Below are positions 48,615-58,028 of a stretch of 64,000 bases of DNA, piece by piece. This stretch comes from an uncultured bacterium (GTDB taxonomy: Bacteria; UBP14; UBA6098), in contig CAYWOR010000001.1 of NCBI GenBank assembly GCA_964459995.1, forward strand, positions 79,496 through 143,495, written 5' to 3'. Numbering within the stretch: the first letter of the stretch is position 1; each line of letters begins with the position of its first letter. The translations under genes and the position numbers were made by a program. The notes beneath the pieces were generated by a model. That model searched no databases, had not been told where the DNA came from, and saw nothing but the letters and a program-made list of their open reading frames with translations.

Positions 48615-48743
48615 ATTAAGTAAACTTATGAATATAACTAATACCTATCAATATGTCAACCCCCGAGAAAGAATCGATTTCTGCTGAAAGGACTTGTCCT
48701 GCGCCAATGGAGTGTTATATTTAAAAAACATTGAGGAGAAGAT

Positions 48744-49604
48744 ATGGATGCTAATGAGATTTTGAAAAAAGAGGCTGAGGTTGTCGAGAAGTGGCTTTAT
48801 AGGCTTATGCCGGATGAGAGCACTCCTCCGGTTGAGCTTCACAGTGCGATGCGCTATTCGGTTTTTGCCGGCGGGAAAAGACTTCGTCCGGTGCTCGCAG
48901 TTTTGGCATACCGATGGGCGGGCGGCGCGAGTGATGTTATCTATCCCCCCGCTTGCGCATTGGAGCTGATCCATACATACAGCCTAATTCACGACGATTT
49001 GCCGAGCATGGACAATGACGACCTTAGGCGCGGCAAACCCACAAGCCATATGGTTTTCGGCGAGGCTATGGCAATTTTGGCCGGGGATGCGCTTCATGCG
49101 ATGGCTTTCGAGCTACTGGCGATGGGTGGCCGAATCGAGATTATCACGGATGTTGCCAAGGCTATCGGCACAGGTGGATTAGTCGGAGGGCAGGTTTACG
49201 ATCTCGAGGCCGAAAATATTGAGCCTACGCCGGAGATTGTCGAGAAGATTCATCTGAACAAAACGGCGGCGCTTTTAACGGCGAGTCTTCGCGTGGGGGC
49301 GATAATGGCCGATACTTCCAAACGCGATCTTCATGCGATCACTGAATATGGCAAGGGAATTGGGCTAGCCTTTCAGATTATCGACGATATACTCGATATC
49401 GTTGCCGATCAGGATGAGCTTGGTAAGAATATCGGGTCAGACATCGAACATGGCAAAACGACCTATCCTGCGGTTTATGGAATCGAGAGAAGCCGCGAGA
49501 TAGCGAAGGCTTTGATCGAGAAAGCGAAATCTTCGTTGCCACCCGACAAGGATAATTCGGCATTCAACGCCCTTGCAGACTTCATTTTTGCGCGTTCGCA
49601 CTGA
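48744..49604 (+). CDS. ispA: Polyprenyl diphosphate synthase (farnesyl/geranylgeranyl diphosphate synthase)
   Basis: First Asp-rich motif LIHDDLPSMDNDDLRRG and second FQIIDDILD. Confidence 0.8.
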   Translation: MDANEILKKEAEVVEKWLYRLMPDESTPPVELHSAMRYSVFAGGKRLRPVLAVLAYRWAGGASDVIYPPACALELIHTYSLIHDDLPSMDNDDLRRGKPTSHMVFGEAMAILAGDALHAMAFELLAMGGRIEIITDVAKAIGTGGLVGGQVYDLEAENIEPTPEIVEKIHLNKTAALLTASLRVGAIMADTSKRDLHAITEYGKGIGLAFQIIDDILDIVADQDELGKNIGSDIEHGKTTYPAVYGIERSREIAKALIEKAKSSLPPDKDNSAFNALADFIFARSH

Positions 49605-49612
49605 GGAGTTTT

Positions 49613-50281
49613 TTAATCGTCGAGGAATTTCGTCACCTCACCGCCAGGGATTGGACGGCGTTTGCCCGTGTTGATATCGAGCACATTTCCGGGCAGAATT
49701 TCGGCTGTGTCGGTATAACCGCGTTTTTCCCAGTATCCCGGGACATAGTTATCCATAAGTTCAATTTTGACAACGCTTTTTGCGGATTTATATCCCCACA
49801 GATAGGGCACGAACGCTCTAACTGGACCACCGTAATCCTCGGTTAAAAACTCGCCGTCGAATTCCCATGCCAAAAGGGTTCGCTCCATCCGTGCGATTTC
49901 CACAGGGATACTTGTGTCATAGATTTTGCCATGCGACCAAAAGCGCACAAATTGAACCTTCGGCGATGCACCGACAGCATCGAGTATGTCCGACAGCCTC
50001 ACGCCGCCCCAAATCCCCCCGACCGACCATCTGGTAACGCTTGTCAATCTTGCATTTGCAAGGCTTTTCGGCATTTTTTGAAGGTCTTGCCATGTCAGGA
50101 CGCTCGGTTTGTCGCAAAGCCCCGCGATTTCTATCTTCCAATTCTCTTTAACCAATTTCCCCGGATGGCCCTCTGTCCAGAAAACTGGGGTGTCCATATC
50201 GCTAAGTTTATCTAATCCCATTCTTCGTTCCTTTCCTGATCGATACAGGCTGTCTGCGACAAATTGCGAGAAAAAAAACAC
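49613..50281 (-). CDS. Molybdopterin-dependent oxidoreductase, sulfite-oxidase family (YuiH/MsrP-like); start uncertain
   Basis: Oxidoreductase molybdopterin-binding domain features (WSVGGIWGGVRL, GGPVRAFVPYLWGYKSAK); alternative start MGLDKL at 50221. Confidence 0.5.
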   Translation of the reverse strand: MFFFSQFVADSLYRSGKERRMGLDKLSDMDTPVFWTEGHPGKLVKENWKIEIAGLCDKPSVLTWQDLQKMPKSLANARLTSVTRWSVGGIWGGVRLSDILDAVGASPKVQFVRFWSHGKIYDTSIPVEIARMERTLLAWEFDGEFLTEDYGGPVRAFVPYLWGYKSAKSVVKIELMDNYVPGYWEKRGYTDTAEILPGNVLDINTGKRRPIPGGEVTKFLDD

Positions 50282-50372
50282 ATGTCTTATATTTATTTAT
50301 GCAAATAATACGAATAATTTGGTCTGTGTCAATGCGTCGAATCTTCGTTAGTGCACCCCCTCCGGGCGCCGT

Positions 50373-50517
50373 GCCGATTTTATGTCCGAATTTTGCCAAA
50401 ATTCGGCCATAAAATCGGCTGGGGCAAATCGGCTTTCGAGCGGGCGAAAGGTTCTTTTTAGCCGAGAATTTTTATGCGGAAGGAGAATTTTAGCTTTGCA
50501 TTAGGCCGATTTGCCCC
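50373..50517. repeat. Cluster of inverted repeats built on GCCGATTT/AAATCGGC
   Basis: 46-nt near-perfect palindrome gccgattttatgtccgaattttg/caaaattcggccataaaatcggc (50373-50419, one mismatch) followed by ggggcaaatcggc (50421-50433) and its exact complement gccgatttgcccc (50505-50517); four copies of the 8-mer in about 145 nt. Confidence 0.45.
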
Positions 50518-50592
50518 GCACGACCCCATTTTCAGATGAGGAGCGAGACTTCGGAAAAAAAGAGGGTTCAAAATTTGGAAATTCGAGTCTTA

Positions 50593-51354
50593 TCAAAAAG
50601 AGGGGTCGTGCACGGCGCCCGGATTTGCGAGCAATTTGCGAATCTCCGCAAGATCTTCCGGTGTGTCGATACCGATAAGCGATTTGGCGGCAGGTATTTC
50701 GATGCAATGAATTTTGAAACCGTTTTCGAGGGCGCGGAGCTGTTCGAGCTTTTCGGCAAATTCTAAGGGGGAGGGGGGAAGTTTCGCAAAAAGTGCGAGA
50801 AAATCGGGGCGATAGGCGTATATGCCGATATGTTTGAAGAAAACAGGGCGATAATCACCTGCGACAAAGGGGATTCCGGCGCGGCTGAAATAGAGGGCAT
50901 TGGAGTTTGAATCGACAACCGCTTTCACTGTCGATGGGGTTTGAAGGTCATGCTCATCAGCAGGGGTTATAATTGTGGCCATCGGAGCGGAACATTCCCT
51001 CAGAGCGGATATAAGATCGCCAAGAATAGAAGGCGTCAACAAAGGCTCATCGCCTTGGATGTTCAGGACAAAATCGGGGCGATCTTCATTGGGTATCGAT
51101 TCGACAGCCTCGAAAACCCTGTCGGAGCCGCTTTTGCAGTTCGGCGATGTCATTATTACCTCTGCGCCGAAAGATTCCGCTGAAGTTCTAATTCTCTCGT
51201 CATCGGTTGCGATAATCACGCGCTCTATTTCGGATGTTAATTTCGCGGCCTCCCAAACCCATTGTAACATCGGCTTGCCGGCGATATCCGCGAGCGCTTT
51301 CCCCGGAAGCCTTGTCGAACAATAACGAGCCGGAATTATCGCGAAAATCCTCAT
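50593..51354 (-). CDS. kdsB: 3-deoxy-manno-octulosonate cytidylyltransferase (CMP-KDO synthetase)
   Basis: MRIFAIIPARYCSTRLPGKAL, NIQGDEP motifs; 253 aa. Confidence 0.85.
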   Translation of the reverse strand: MRIFAIIPARYCSTRLPGKALADIAGKPMLQWVWEAAKLTSEIERVIIATDDERIRTSAESFGAEVIMTSPNCKSGSDRVFEAVESIPNEDRPDFVLNIQGDEPLLTPSILGDLISALRECSAPMATIITPADEHDLQTPSTVKAVVDSNSNALYFSRAGIPFVAGDYRPVFFKHIGIYAYRPDFLALFAKLPPSPLEFAEKLEQLRALENGFKIHCIEIPAAKSLIGIDTPEDLAEIRKLLANPGAVHDPSF

Positions 51355-51357
51355 ATT

Positions 51358-51918
51358 TTACTCCAGAATGAAATCAATTCCCTTGGGAGGACTGATTTTT
51401 TGGCCGGTATCTTTTGTGGATGCCTTTCCGAAAATCAGAACCACCTCATTTCCGAAAATATCCACCCACGAAACCCTTTTCGGAAGGAATTCGCTGTCGA
51501 GGATGGCGTCGAACCGATCGACATTGCCGGTGCCGTCTCTGCCAATAACCGAAACCCCGCCGTCTTTAGGAATGTAGCCAATATTGAAATCCTCGCGAAG
51601 ACGCGCTATCAGAACTCCAATATCAGCGTAAATGAATTCTTCGATAGGAGTCTTTATCCCGACATCGGAGCCGCTGGTGAAGGTGTAAAGCGTCTCGCCG
51701 GTAAAAATTATCAGCTCCGATTCCGTTTCGAAATGGAAATAGGGATTATTCAGAATGAATTTCCCTTTCTCGGTAAGTGTATCGAAGGGGGTGATGTCGA
51801 GCCTCGTTATCTCAGAAGAAAAAAAGTTGCGCGCCGACCAAATATCGACAATCTGCTCCTCGTAGCCGGCAAAACAAGCGACGGCCGCTAATATCGTTAT
51901 CAGACAAGCTTTTTTCAT
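51358..51918 (-). CDS. Hypothetical lipoprotein (possibly LolA/LptA-like)
   Basis: MKKACLITILAAVACFAG lipobox-like signal; 4 nt upstream of kdsB, suggesting an envelope function; family not assignable by eye. Confidence 0.4.
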   Translation of the reverse strand: MKKACLITILAAVACFAGYEEQIVDIWSARNFFSSEITRLDITPFDTLTEKGKFILNNPYFHFETESELIIFTGETLYTFTSGSDVGIKTPIEEFIYADIGVLIARLREDFNIGYIPKDGGVSVIGRDGTGNVDRFDAILDSEFLPKRVSWVDIFGNEVVLIFGKASTKDTGQKISPPKGIDFILE

Positions 51919-51973
51919 GATTTCAATATACCTCCGCAAACCCCAAACTCAAGATAATATCTCGCTATTTGAC

Positions 51974-52007
51974 TTGAAATTCCCCGACTCGCTTTTATAT
52001 TGCCCAT
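51974..52007 (+). promoter_or_regulatory. Sigma70-like promoter upstream of ispE with -10 element 6 nt from the ATG (possible leaderless transcript)
   Basis: TTGAAA (51974-51979), 16-nt spacer, TATATT (51996-52001), 6 nt, ATG at 52008. Confidence 0.4.
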
Positions 52008-52862
52008 ATGAACAAACTCAAAATCAAAACACCGGCGAAGGTCAATCTTTGCCTTAAGTTAATCGGGGAGCGCTCCGACGGTTTTACCGATATATGGTCG
52101 ATAGTGCAAACGGTCTCGCTTTTCGATGAGATCGAGATCGAAAAAACCGACAGCGGTCTGGGTTTATCCTCGAACGACCCGACCATCCCCCTCGATGAAA
52201 GCAATACAGTTGCCAAATCGTGGGCGGCTATGTGCCAAGTTGTCGGCATGGAGCTTGGCGCGAAAATCCATCTCGGCAAAAAAATTCCCCCTCAGAGCGG
52301 CCTCGGCGGGGGAAGTTCCGATGCCGCCGCCGTTCTGGCAGGAATCGACAGCCTCTACGGTCTCGGTATCGATATTGCAATGCTGAAAAAAATCGGCGCC
52401 GCGGTGGGAAGCGATGTGCCTTTATTTTTCGGCTCCGGCACCAGCCTTATCACCGGAAGAGGCGAGATCGTGCAAGATATCGAGTTGGACAAGGATTTCA
52501 CCTTGCTTTTGATAAAGCCCCGCTATGGCATGTCCACCGCGAGGGCATATAATATCGCCAAAAAAGGCTTGACAAAGGGGTGGGCGGGGAATAATATTAC
52601 GCCTTTACAGCCGCCGATGTCGGCTATCGAGGCTTGCAGAATCGGGAACGATCTGCAGAGAGCCTTCTTTAATGAATATCCGGCGGCAAAAAGCATTATT
52701 GACAAACTCCTGTCAAGAGGTGCCGAACATGCGGCTCTTACAGGAAGCGGAAGTGCTATATTTGGGCTTTTCCCCGATTCCAAAACCGCGATGACCGCTT
52801 CGGAAGGGTTTCGCGACATATGGCGGGAGGTCGTTTCACCGGTGAATATCAGTCTCATTTGA
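52008..52862 (+). CDS. ispE: 4-diphosphocytidyl-2-C-methyl-D-erythritol kinase
   Basis: GHMP kinase motifs AKVNLCLKLIGERSDGF, PPQSGLGGGSSDAAA. Confidence 0.85.
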   Translation: MNKLKIKTPAKVNLCLKLIGERSDGFTDIWSIVQTVSLFDEIEIEKTDSGLGLSSNDPTIPLDESNTVAKSWAAMCQVVGMELGAKIHLGKKIPPQSGLGGGSSDAAAVLAGIDSLYGLGIDIAMLKKIGAAVGSDVPLFFGSGTSLITGRGEIVQDIELDKDFTLLLIKPRYGMSTARAYNIAKKGLTKGWAGNNITPLQPPMSAIEACRIGNDLQRAFFNEYPAAKSIIDKLLSRGAEHAALTGSGSAIFGLFPDSKTAMTASEGFRDIWREVVSPVNISLI

Positions 52863-52891
52863 GAATATTCATCGTCGAAGAATATTTTTTT
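52863..52891 (+). terminator. Weak AT-rich hairpin plus T-run after ispE
   Basis: gaatattc-atcgtcgaa-gaatatt followed by ttttt; stem almost entirely A:T, so low confidence. Confidence 0.25.
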
Positions 52892-52897
52892 GAACGA

Positions 52898-52968
52898 TGG
52901 GGTGTCGGCAAGCGGCAAGCCAACGGGCTTTGGACCCGTCATCGGAGGTTCGAATCCTCCCACCCCAG
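52898..52968 (+). tRNA. tRNA-Gln (anticodon UUG)
   Basis: Hand-folded cloverleaf: acceptor TGGGGTG/CACCCCA, D-stem GGC/GCC, anticodon stem ACGGG/CCCGT with loop CTTTGGA (anticodon TTG), T-arm GGAGG-TTCGAAT-CCTCC, discriminator G; resembles E. coli tRNA-Gln. CCA not encoded. Confidence 0.8.
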
Positions 52969-52994
52969 TAAATTTTACAAAACTCGAGGTTGAA

Positions 52995-53978
52995 GTGAAA
53001 AACCTGAAGCTCATCATCGGAAGAGCTAACCCAAATCTTGGGCTTGATATCGCCCACCGCCTTGGAATAGAGCCTTGCAGGACACTCATTACCAATTTTA
53101 ACGACGGTGAGATTAGGTTCAAAATCGAGGAAAACATCCGCGGCATGGATGTTTTTATAATACAGCCGACCGTTCCGCCCGCCGATAATCTACTCGAGTT
53201 GTTGATTATGATAGACGCCGCCAAACGTGCCAGTGCAAACAGGGTAACAGCGGTAATTCCCTATTACGGCTACGCGCGTCAGGACAGAAAAGACGAGCCG
53301 AGGGTGGCGATTTCCTCGAAGCTTATCGCCAACCTTATCGTTAGCGCCGGCGCCGACAGAGTTCTTACGATGGACCTTCACGCACCCCAGATACAGGGCT
53401 TCTTTGATGTTCCCACCGACCAGCTCGTTTCGGACTTGCTTTTTAAAAGGCATATCATGAAGGAAATCCTTCCGAGTATCGGCGAAACCGACCGTAAGAA
53501 AGTTGTCATTGTAAGCCCCGATATTGGCGGAGTGAAAAGGGTCGAGACGATCGCAAAAAGGCTCGATATCGAGATTGCGGCCATATATAAGCGGAGGAAA
53601 TTGGGCACTCTTCAGCCGGAAGCCCTAAAAATAGTTGGCGATGTCAAAGGAAAAACAGCGATTCTTCTCGACGATATAATCGACACCGCAGGAACAATGC
53701 GTGAAGCATGCCGCCTTCTCATAAAAGAGGGCGCCGAGAGAATTTTCATCTGTGCAACGCACCCACTTCTCTCTGGTCCGGCGATGGAGCGGCTCGACGA
53801 CACACCGATGGACTCTCTGACGGTTACGGATTCCATCCCGATTCCGGAAGAAAAAAGAAGAAATTATATAAAAATTATTCCAACCGGCAGTTTTTTTGCT
53901 ATGGCAATTCATAATATTCATTTCGAAAAATCCGTGGCTGTTTTACTCGACGATAAAGCCTCGGCAGAATTGTGGTAA
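52995..53978 (+). CDS. prs: Ribose-phosphate pyrophosphokinase (PRPP synthetase)
   Basis: Strong match to recalled Prs (GEIRFKIEENIRGMDVFIIQ, VIPYYGYARQDRK, LHAPQIQGFFD, DDIIDTAGT); GTG start at 52995 chosen because the longer ORF (TTG 52890) would read through the tRNA. Confidence 0.85.
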   Translation: MKNLKLIIGRANPNLGLDIAHRLGIEPCRTLITNFNDGEIRFKIEENIRGMDVFIIQPTVPPADNLLELLIMIDAAKRASANRVTAVIPYYGYARQDRKDEPRVAISSKLIANLIVSAGADRVLTMDLHAPQIQGFFDVPTDQLVSDLLFKRHIMKEILPSIGETDRKKVVIVSPDIGGVKRVETIAKRLDIEIAAIYKRRKLGTLQPEALKIVGDVKGKTAILLDDIIDTAGTMREACRLLIKEGAERIFICATHPLLSGPAMERLDDTPMDSLTVTDSIPIPEEKRRNYIKIIPTGSFFAMAIHNIHFEKSVAVLLDDKASAELW

Positions 53979-54002
53979 ACAAATATCAATTAAGGAGATA
54001 GA

Positions 54003-54629
54003 ATGGAAATCCTGACACTGAAAGCACAGAAAAGAGAACAAGTCGGCAAGGGAGCGAGTAAGAATTACCGCTCCGAAGAATTGGTTCCCGGAGTGCTCTA
54101 TGGCGCGGAAAGAGAGGCGATTCACGTCCTTCTTCCCGAAAGAATCCTTACCAACATGCTCAAAACCTCAGGCGAGCATTCGCTTATTCAATTGGAAATC
54201 GAGGGCGAAAAACCGCAGTTGAGCGTCGTGGCCGAGGTTCAACATCATCCGGTTAACGACAGAATACTCCATATCGATTTCAAAGCGGTCAAGCGCGGAC
54301 AGCTCATCGAGCTTCCCGTTCCGATCGAGTTTGTTGGCGAATCAAAAGGAGTTGCCGAAGGCGGATTATTCATGGCGAATGTCCATCAAGTCAATGTTCG
54401 TGCCACACCGATGAACATACCGACATCTATAGAGGTCGATATCACAGATCTTACCGATGAAAAAGCGCTTCACATCCGCGATATTCTTGTAGGCGAAAAT
54501 GTCGAGATAATCGATGACCCCGATATGTCTGTGGCAGTTATTCTGAAACCTAAAACTCATGTCGAGGGTGAAGAGGCTGGAAGCGCTGTGGAAGCTTCAG
54601 AAAAAACTGAAGCTCAAGAGGAAGCCTGA
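54003..54629 (+). CDS. rplY: 50S ribosomal protein L25 / general stress protein Ctc
   Basis: N-terminal L25 domain (KAQKREQVGKGASKNYRSEELVPGVLYG) plus Ctc-type C-terminal domain and acidic tail. Confidence 0.85.
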   Translation: MEILTLKAQKREQVGKGASKNYRSEELVPGVLYGAEREAIHVLLPERILTNMLKTSGEHSLIQLEIEGEKPQLSVVAEVQHHPVNDRILHIDFKAVKRGQLIELPVPIEFVGESKGVAEGGLFMANVHQVNVRATPMNIPTSIEVDITDLTDEKALHIRDILVGENVEIIDDPDMSVAVILKPKTHVEGEEAGSAVEASEKTEAQEEA

Positions 54630-54633
54630 GATA

Positions 54634-57000
54634 ATGAGGAAAAATACAGTAGCAACCGCCTTAATCATACTGTTCGCAGTAATTGTGACTGCAATTTCGC
54701 AGGAGATACCTGCTGAGTTTGCCAAAGAATACGAAAGACTTCTCGAAGGTGCAAAATCTCAGCGAAGGCCGGTTGCTACTGAGTATTCTCAATACGAAAC
54801 CCCTACGATATACGAAAAAGAGGACACGACTTTTTTTGAAAGATCCCTCAAAGAGGAAATTGAAAGTGTCCCTAAGCCTGCCGAAAACAAGGTTTTTAAT
54901 GAATATATAGTTGTTGGAAAGGACACTGTCCAAGTTATTACGAAAGCCGCTCCGGCAGAATTGGAATTCTTCGGACGAGACATATTCCGTGGAGACATCC
55001 TTCGTGCATATCCGGATGCCCCGATGCCCGATAACTATGTAATAACCCAAGGTGATAATATTCTCGTAAATCTTTGGGGGAGTGTCGATTATCAGTATAA
55101 TTTAACTGTCGATCGAGAGGGCAAAGTATTCATACCGAAAGCGGGGACGGTTTCGGTTGCCGGATACTCGCTCGGAAGAGCTTCCGAGGCCATTAGAAAC
55201 GCACTTTCCGGTATTTATACCGATTTTCAAGTCGATATTTCCGTCTCGAAAATTCGCGGTATCAGCGTTTTTGTTGTGGGCGAGGTCAAAAATCCCGGCG
55301 TTTACGCCCTTCCTGGATTATCGAGAGCAATCGACGCGCTTGTGCTTGCCGGCGGACCCAACAGTTATGGCTCTTATAGGAGAATCCAAGTTTATCGAGG
55401 CGGAAAACTCGCCGCAAATTTCGACCTCTACAAATTCATCCTCGATGGGAAAACCGGCGATAATATTCAACTTACTAACGGCGATGTTGTAACTGTGCCT
55501 CGAATGGGGTCGGCGGTCAAGGTCAGAGGGCAGGTTAGAAGGCCGGCGATATACGAAATCGATGATTCATCAACACTCGCCGAGGTTATAGAACTGGCCG
55601 GCGGGACATTGCCTCAGGCTAACAGTAAGTCTATTATGATCGATCGCATAATAGATGGCAAACACCGCATAACTACTTTCGATCTTGACGACGAAATCCA
55701 AAGATCCCAGTTATCGCTCGACGGCGATGATTTCTCGGTATTTCCAATCGAGGAGTTCAGGAATGATTTCGTCTTGCTGAAAGGGCAGGTTGTGCAATCC
55801 GGACCATATGGCCTCTACGAATCGATGAGGATATCCGATCTACTTCGAGGAGGCGAACAGCTTCTTCCTGATGCCTACACCAAGCGCGGCGACCTCATTC
55901 GAACCCTCGATGACCGAAAAAAAGAAATTATTCCAATCAGTATTGATTCGCTTTTAGCTTATCCAGGAAGCAAGCACGACCTCTTGTTGCAGAGCGAAGA
56001 CATGCTTGTAGTTTTTAATATCTGGGATATCGAAGACAAACGAGAAGTTACTGTTTCGGGTGCGATAAGACGTCCCGCAGTTTACGAGTATTTTGTTAAC
56101 ATGAAGGTCTCCGATCTTATTTTCGAATCCGGCGGCCTTTTAGAAAGTGCTTTTCTCGAACGCGCCGAACTGGCTCGGATAACCCCCGGAGAACTTTCTG
56201 AAATAATATTTCTCGATCTTAAGAAGATTCTCGCGAACCCGGGCGGACCTGAGGATATAATGCTATATCCCTATGATGCACTTTTCATTAGAGAAATTCC
56301 GGGGTGGAAACTTCAGGATGTTATAACAATCACCGGCGAGGTCGAATTCCCCGGTAAGTATGCTCTTTGCAAAAAGAACGAGAGACTATCCGAGATTATC
56401 GAAAGGGCAGGAGGGTTCACTTCGGAAGCTTTCATGCCGGGAGTCGTTTTTCTGCGTCCAAAGCTGGCTGAGGATATAGAAAACAAGAATTTGGTCAACA
56501 TAGTCCAACAGACGCAGGAAGCTATTCTCGATTCCGGCGGAGTAATCATCCGTCCACCTTTGCTTTTCAAATACTCCGGCGACCAGCTCGCGAGAATCAT
56601 TATCGACATCAATAAGGTCATGCGCGGAGTCCCCGAGGAGGACATCGTGCTCGAGTCCGGCGATTCTATTCATGTGCCGAAAACTCCGACAGGTGTTACG
56701 ATTATTGGAATGGTGGCTTCCAGCGGAACTATTCACTGGGTCGCGAATAAATCTGTCAAATACTATATCGAAAGAGCCGGCGGATACACCCGTAACGCCG
56801 ATAAGAGCAGTATCCGTCTGGTTAGAGCGAATGGCAAGGTCGAAAAAGTTTCGGCGGGATTCCATCGTGTCGAGCCGGGCGATGTTGTAATTGTTCCTCA
56901 GAGAATCAAAAAGCAGACCGATGTCTTCTCGATTGTCGAGCAAACCGTATCGATTCTTACTGGGATGGCAACTACGATATATATTCTCCTAAGGCTCTAA
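54634..57000 (+). CDS. wza: Polysaccharide export protein, Wza/KpsD family (multiple SLBB domains)
   Basis: Signal peptide MRKNTVATALIILFAVIVTA; PES-like N-terminal domain followed by repeated SLBB-like units; ATG 54634 chosen just after the rplY stop. Confidence 0.7.
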   Translation: MRKNTVATALIILFAVIVTAISQEIPAEFAKEYERLLEGAKSQRRPVATEYSQYETPTIYEKEDTTFFERSLKEEIESVPKPAENKVFNEYIVVGKDTVQVITKAAPAELEFFGRDIFRGDILRAYPDAPMPDNYVITQGDNILVNLWGSVDYQYNLTVDREGKVFIPKAGTVSVAGYSLGRASEAIRNALSGIYTDFQVDISVSKIRGISVFVVGEVKNPGVYALPGLSRAIDALVLAGGPNSYGSYRRIQVYRGGKLAANFDLYKFILDGKTGDNIQLTNGDVVTVPRMGSAVKVRGQVRRPAIYEIDDSSTLAEVIELAGGTLPQANSKSIMIDRIIDGKHRITTFDLDDEIQRSQLSLDGDDFSVFPIEEFRNDFVLLKGQVVQSGPYGLYESMRISDLLRGGEQLLPDAYTKRGDLIRTLDDRKKEIIPISIDSLLAYPGSKHDLLLQSEDMLVVFNIWDIEDKREVTVSGAIRRPAVYEYFVNMKVSDLIFESGGLLESAFLERAELARITPGELSEIIFLDLKKILANPGGPEDIMLYPYDALFIREIPGWKLQDVITITGEVEFPGKYALCKKNERLSEIIERAGGFTSEAFMPGVVFLRPKLAEDIENKNLVNIVQQTQEAILDSGGVIIRPPLLFKYSGDQLARIIIDINKVMRGVPEEDIVLESGDSIHVPKTPTGVTIIGMVASSGTIHWVANKSVKYYIERAGGYTRNADKSSIRLVRANGKVEKVSAGFHRVEPGDVVIVPQRIKKQTDVFSIVEQTVSILTGMATTIYILLRL

Positions 57001-58028
57001 TGAACAATCTCCGGGACGACATATATACGCGATTCAATCTATACTTGAGGATATTCCTCAAACGAAGACGTCTTTTCTTTGCCGCTGTTCTTGCCCCATT
57101 GGTTTTCACTATAGTTTTTTCTATGATTGCGACTCCGAGTTATCAATCTGTCGCGGTCATTCTGCCTTCCGATGGCGCTACCGATGTTGGAGTTCTTGGA
57201 ATCCTCGTCGGTGTTTTGGGGCGTTCCGGCTCTACAACCGAGGGTATGCCCACATCTTTTCTCTATGTCGATATTCTCAAATCCCGCACTGTTTTGAGCA
57301 ATGTTCTCGAATCAGAATACGAGGACTATAAGAATCCCGGCACAAAAAAAGACCTCTATAAGCTTCTTCATCTGCCGCGAAACGACCAAGGATTCCAGGA
57401 GTTCAAAGAATTGCTCGATATCAGAAGCGATTTCGAGACAGGAATTATCACAATAAAAGCCTCCGCACCAAATCCACATCTTGCGGCGAGAATAGCCGAC
57501 AACATGATTATCTCTCTGGATAATTTTAATAAAAATGTCCGGCAGACACAGGCAAAGAAAAATCGCGACTATCTTGAAACGCGTCTCGAAGAGGCTTATA
57601 TTCAATATCAGGCTATTCTGGACACCTTTGTCCAATTCCAGAAGGCGAATAGAGGTTACCCGGTAATTAGAAGCCCTGAGCTTGAAGCGCAGGCCGAAGA
57701 ACTCGATATGCGCAAGAAAACGAAGCAAGACATATATCGGCTTTTAAACGAAGAGCTCGAGATGACCAAACTTACCGAGGCAAAGACAACGCCGGTTGTT
57801 TCGGTTCTCGATTCCGCTTCGGTGCCGGCTGAAAAGGCTTCTCCGAAAAAAATACCCATTTTCATTCTATCGCTAATTGCAAGTCTTATTATCTTGTTTA
57901 TTTGGTTATTCATTCTCGAGGTTAATAATCCGACTTCAGCGGAACCCCCTGTTGTATGGGCAGAGATACACGGTGCTCTGAAGACGGATTATACCGATGT
58001 GAAAGCGGTTTTTCGGAGAAAAAAATGA
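57000..58028 (+). CDS. wzz: Polysaccharide chain-length determinant (Wzz/PCP family), no kinase domain
   Basis: N-terminal TM then Wzz-like periplasmic region (PSYQSVAVILP..., coiled coil), C-terminal TM; 342 aa. Confidence 0.55.
   Translation: MNNLRDDIYTRFNLYLRIFLKRRRLFFAAVLAPLVFTIVFSMIATPSYQSVAVILPSDGATDVGVLGILVGVLGRSGSTTEGMPTSFLYVDILKSRTVLSNVLESEYEDYKNPGTKKDLYKLLHLPRNDQGFQEFKELLDIRSDFETGIITIKASAPNPHLAARIADNMIISLDNFNKNVRQTQAKKNRDYLETRLEEAYIQYQAILDTFVQFQKANRGYPVIRSPELEAQAEELDMRKKTKQDIYRLLNEELEMTKLTEAKTTPVVSVLDSASVPAEKASPKKIPIFILSLIASLIILFIWLFILEVNNPTSAEPPVVWAEIHGALKTDYTDVKAVFRRKK

Noticed and set aside
52890-52994. N-terminal extension of prs from TTG at 52890
   Set aside because: This stretch encodes the tRNA-Gln; Prs homology begins near the GTG at 52995.
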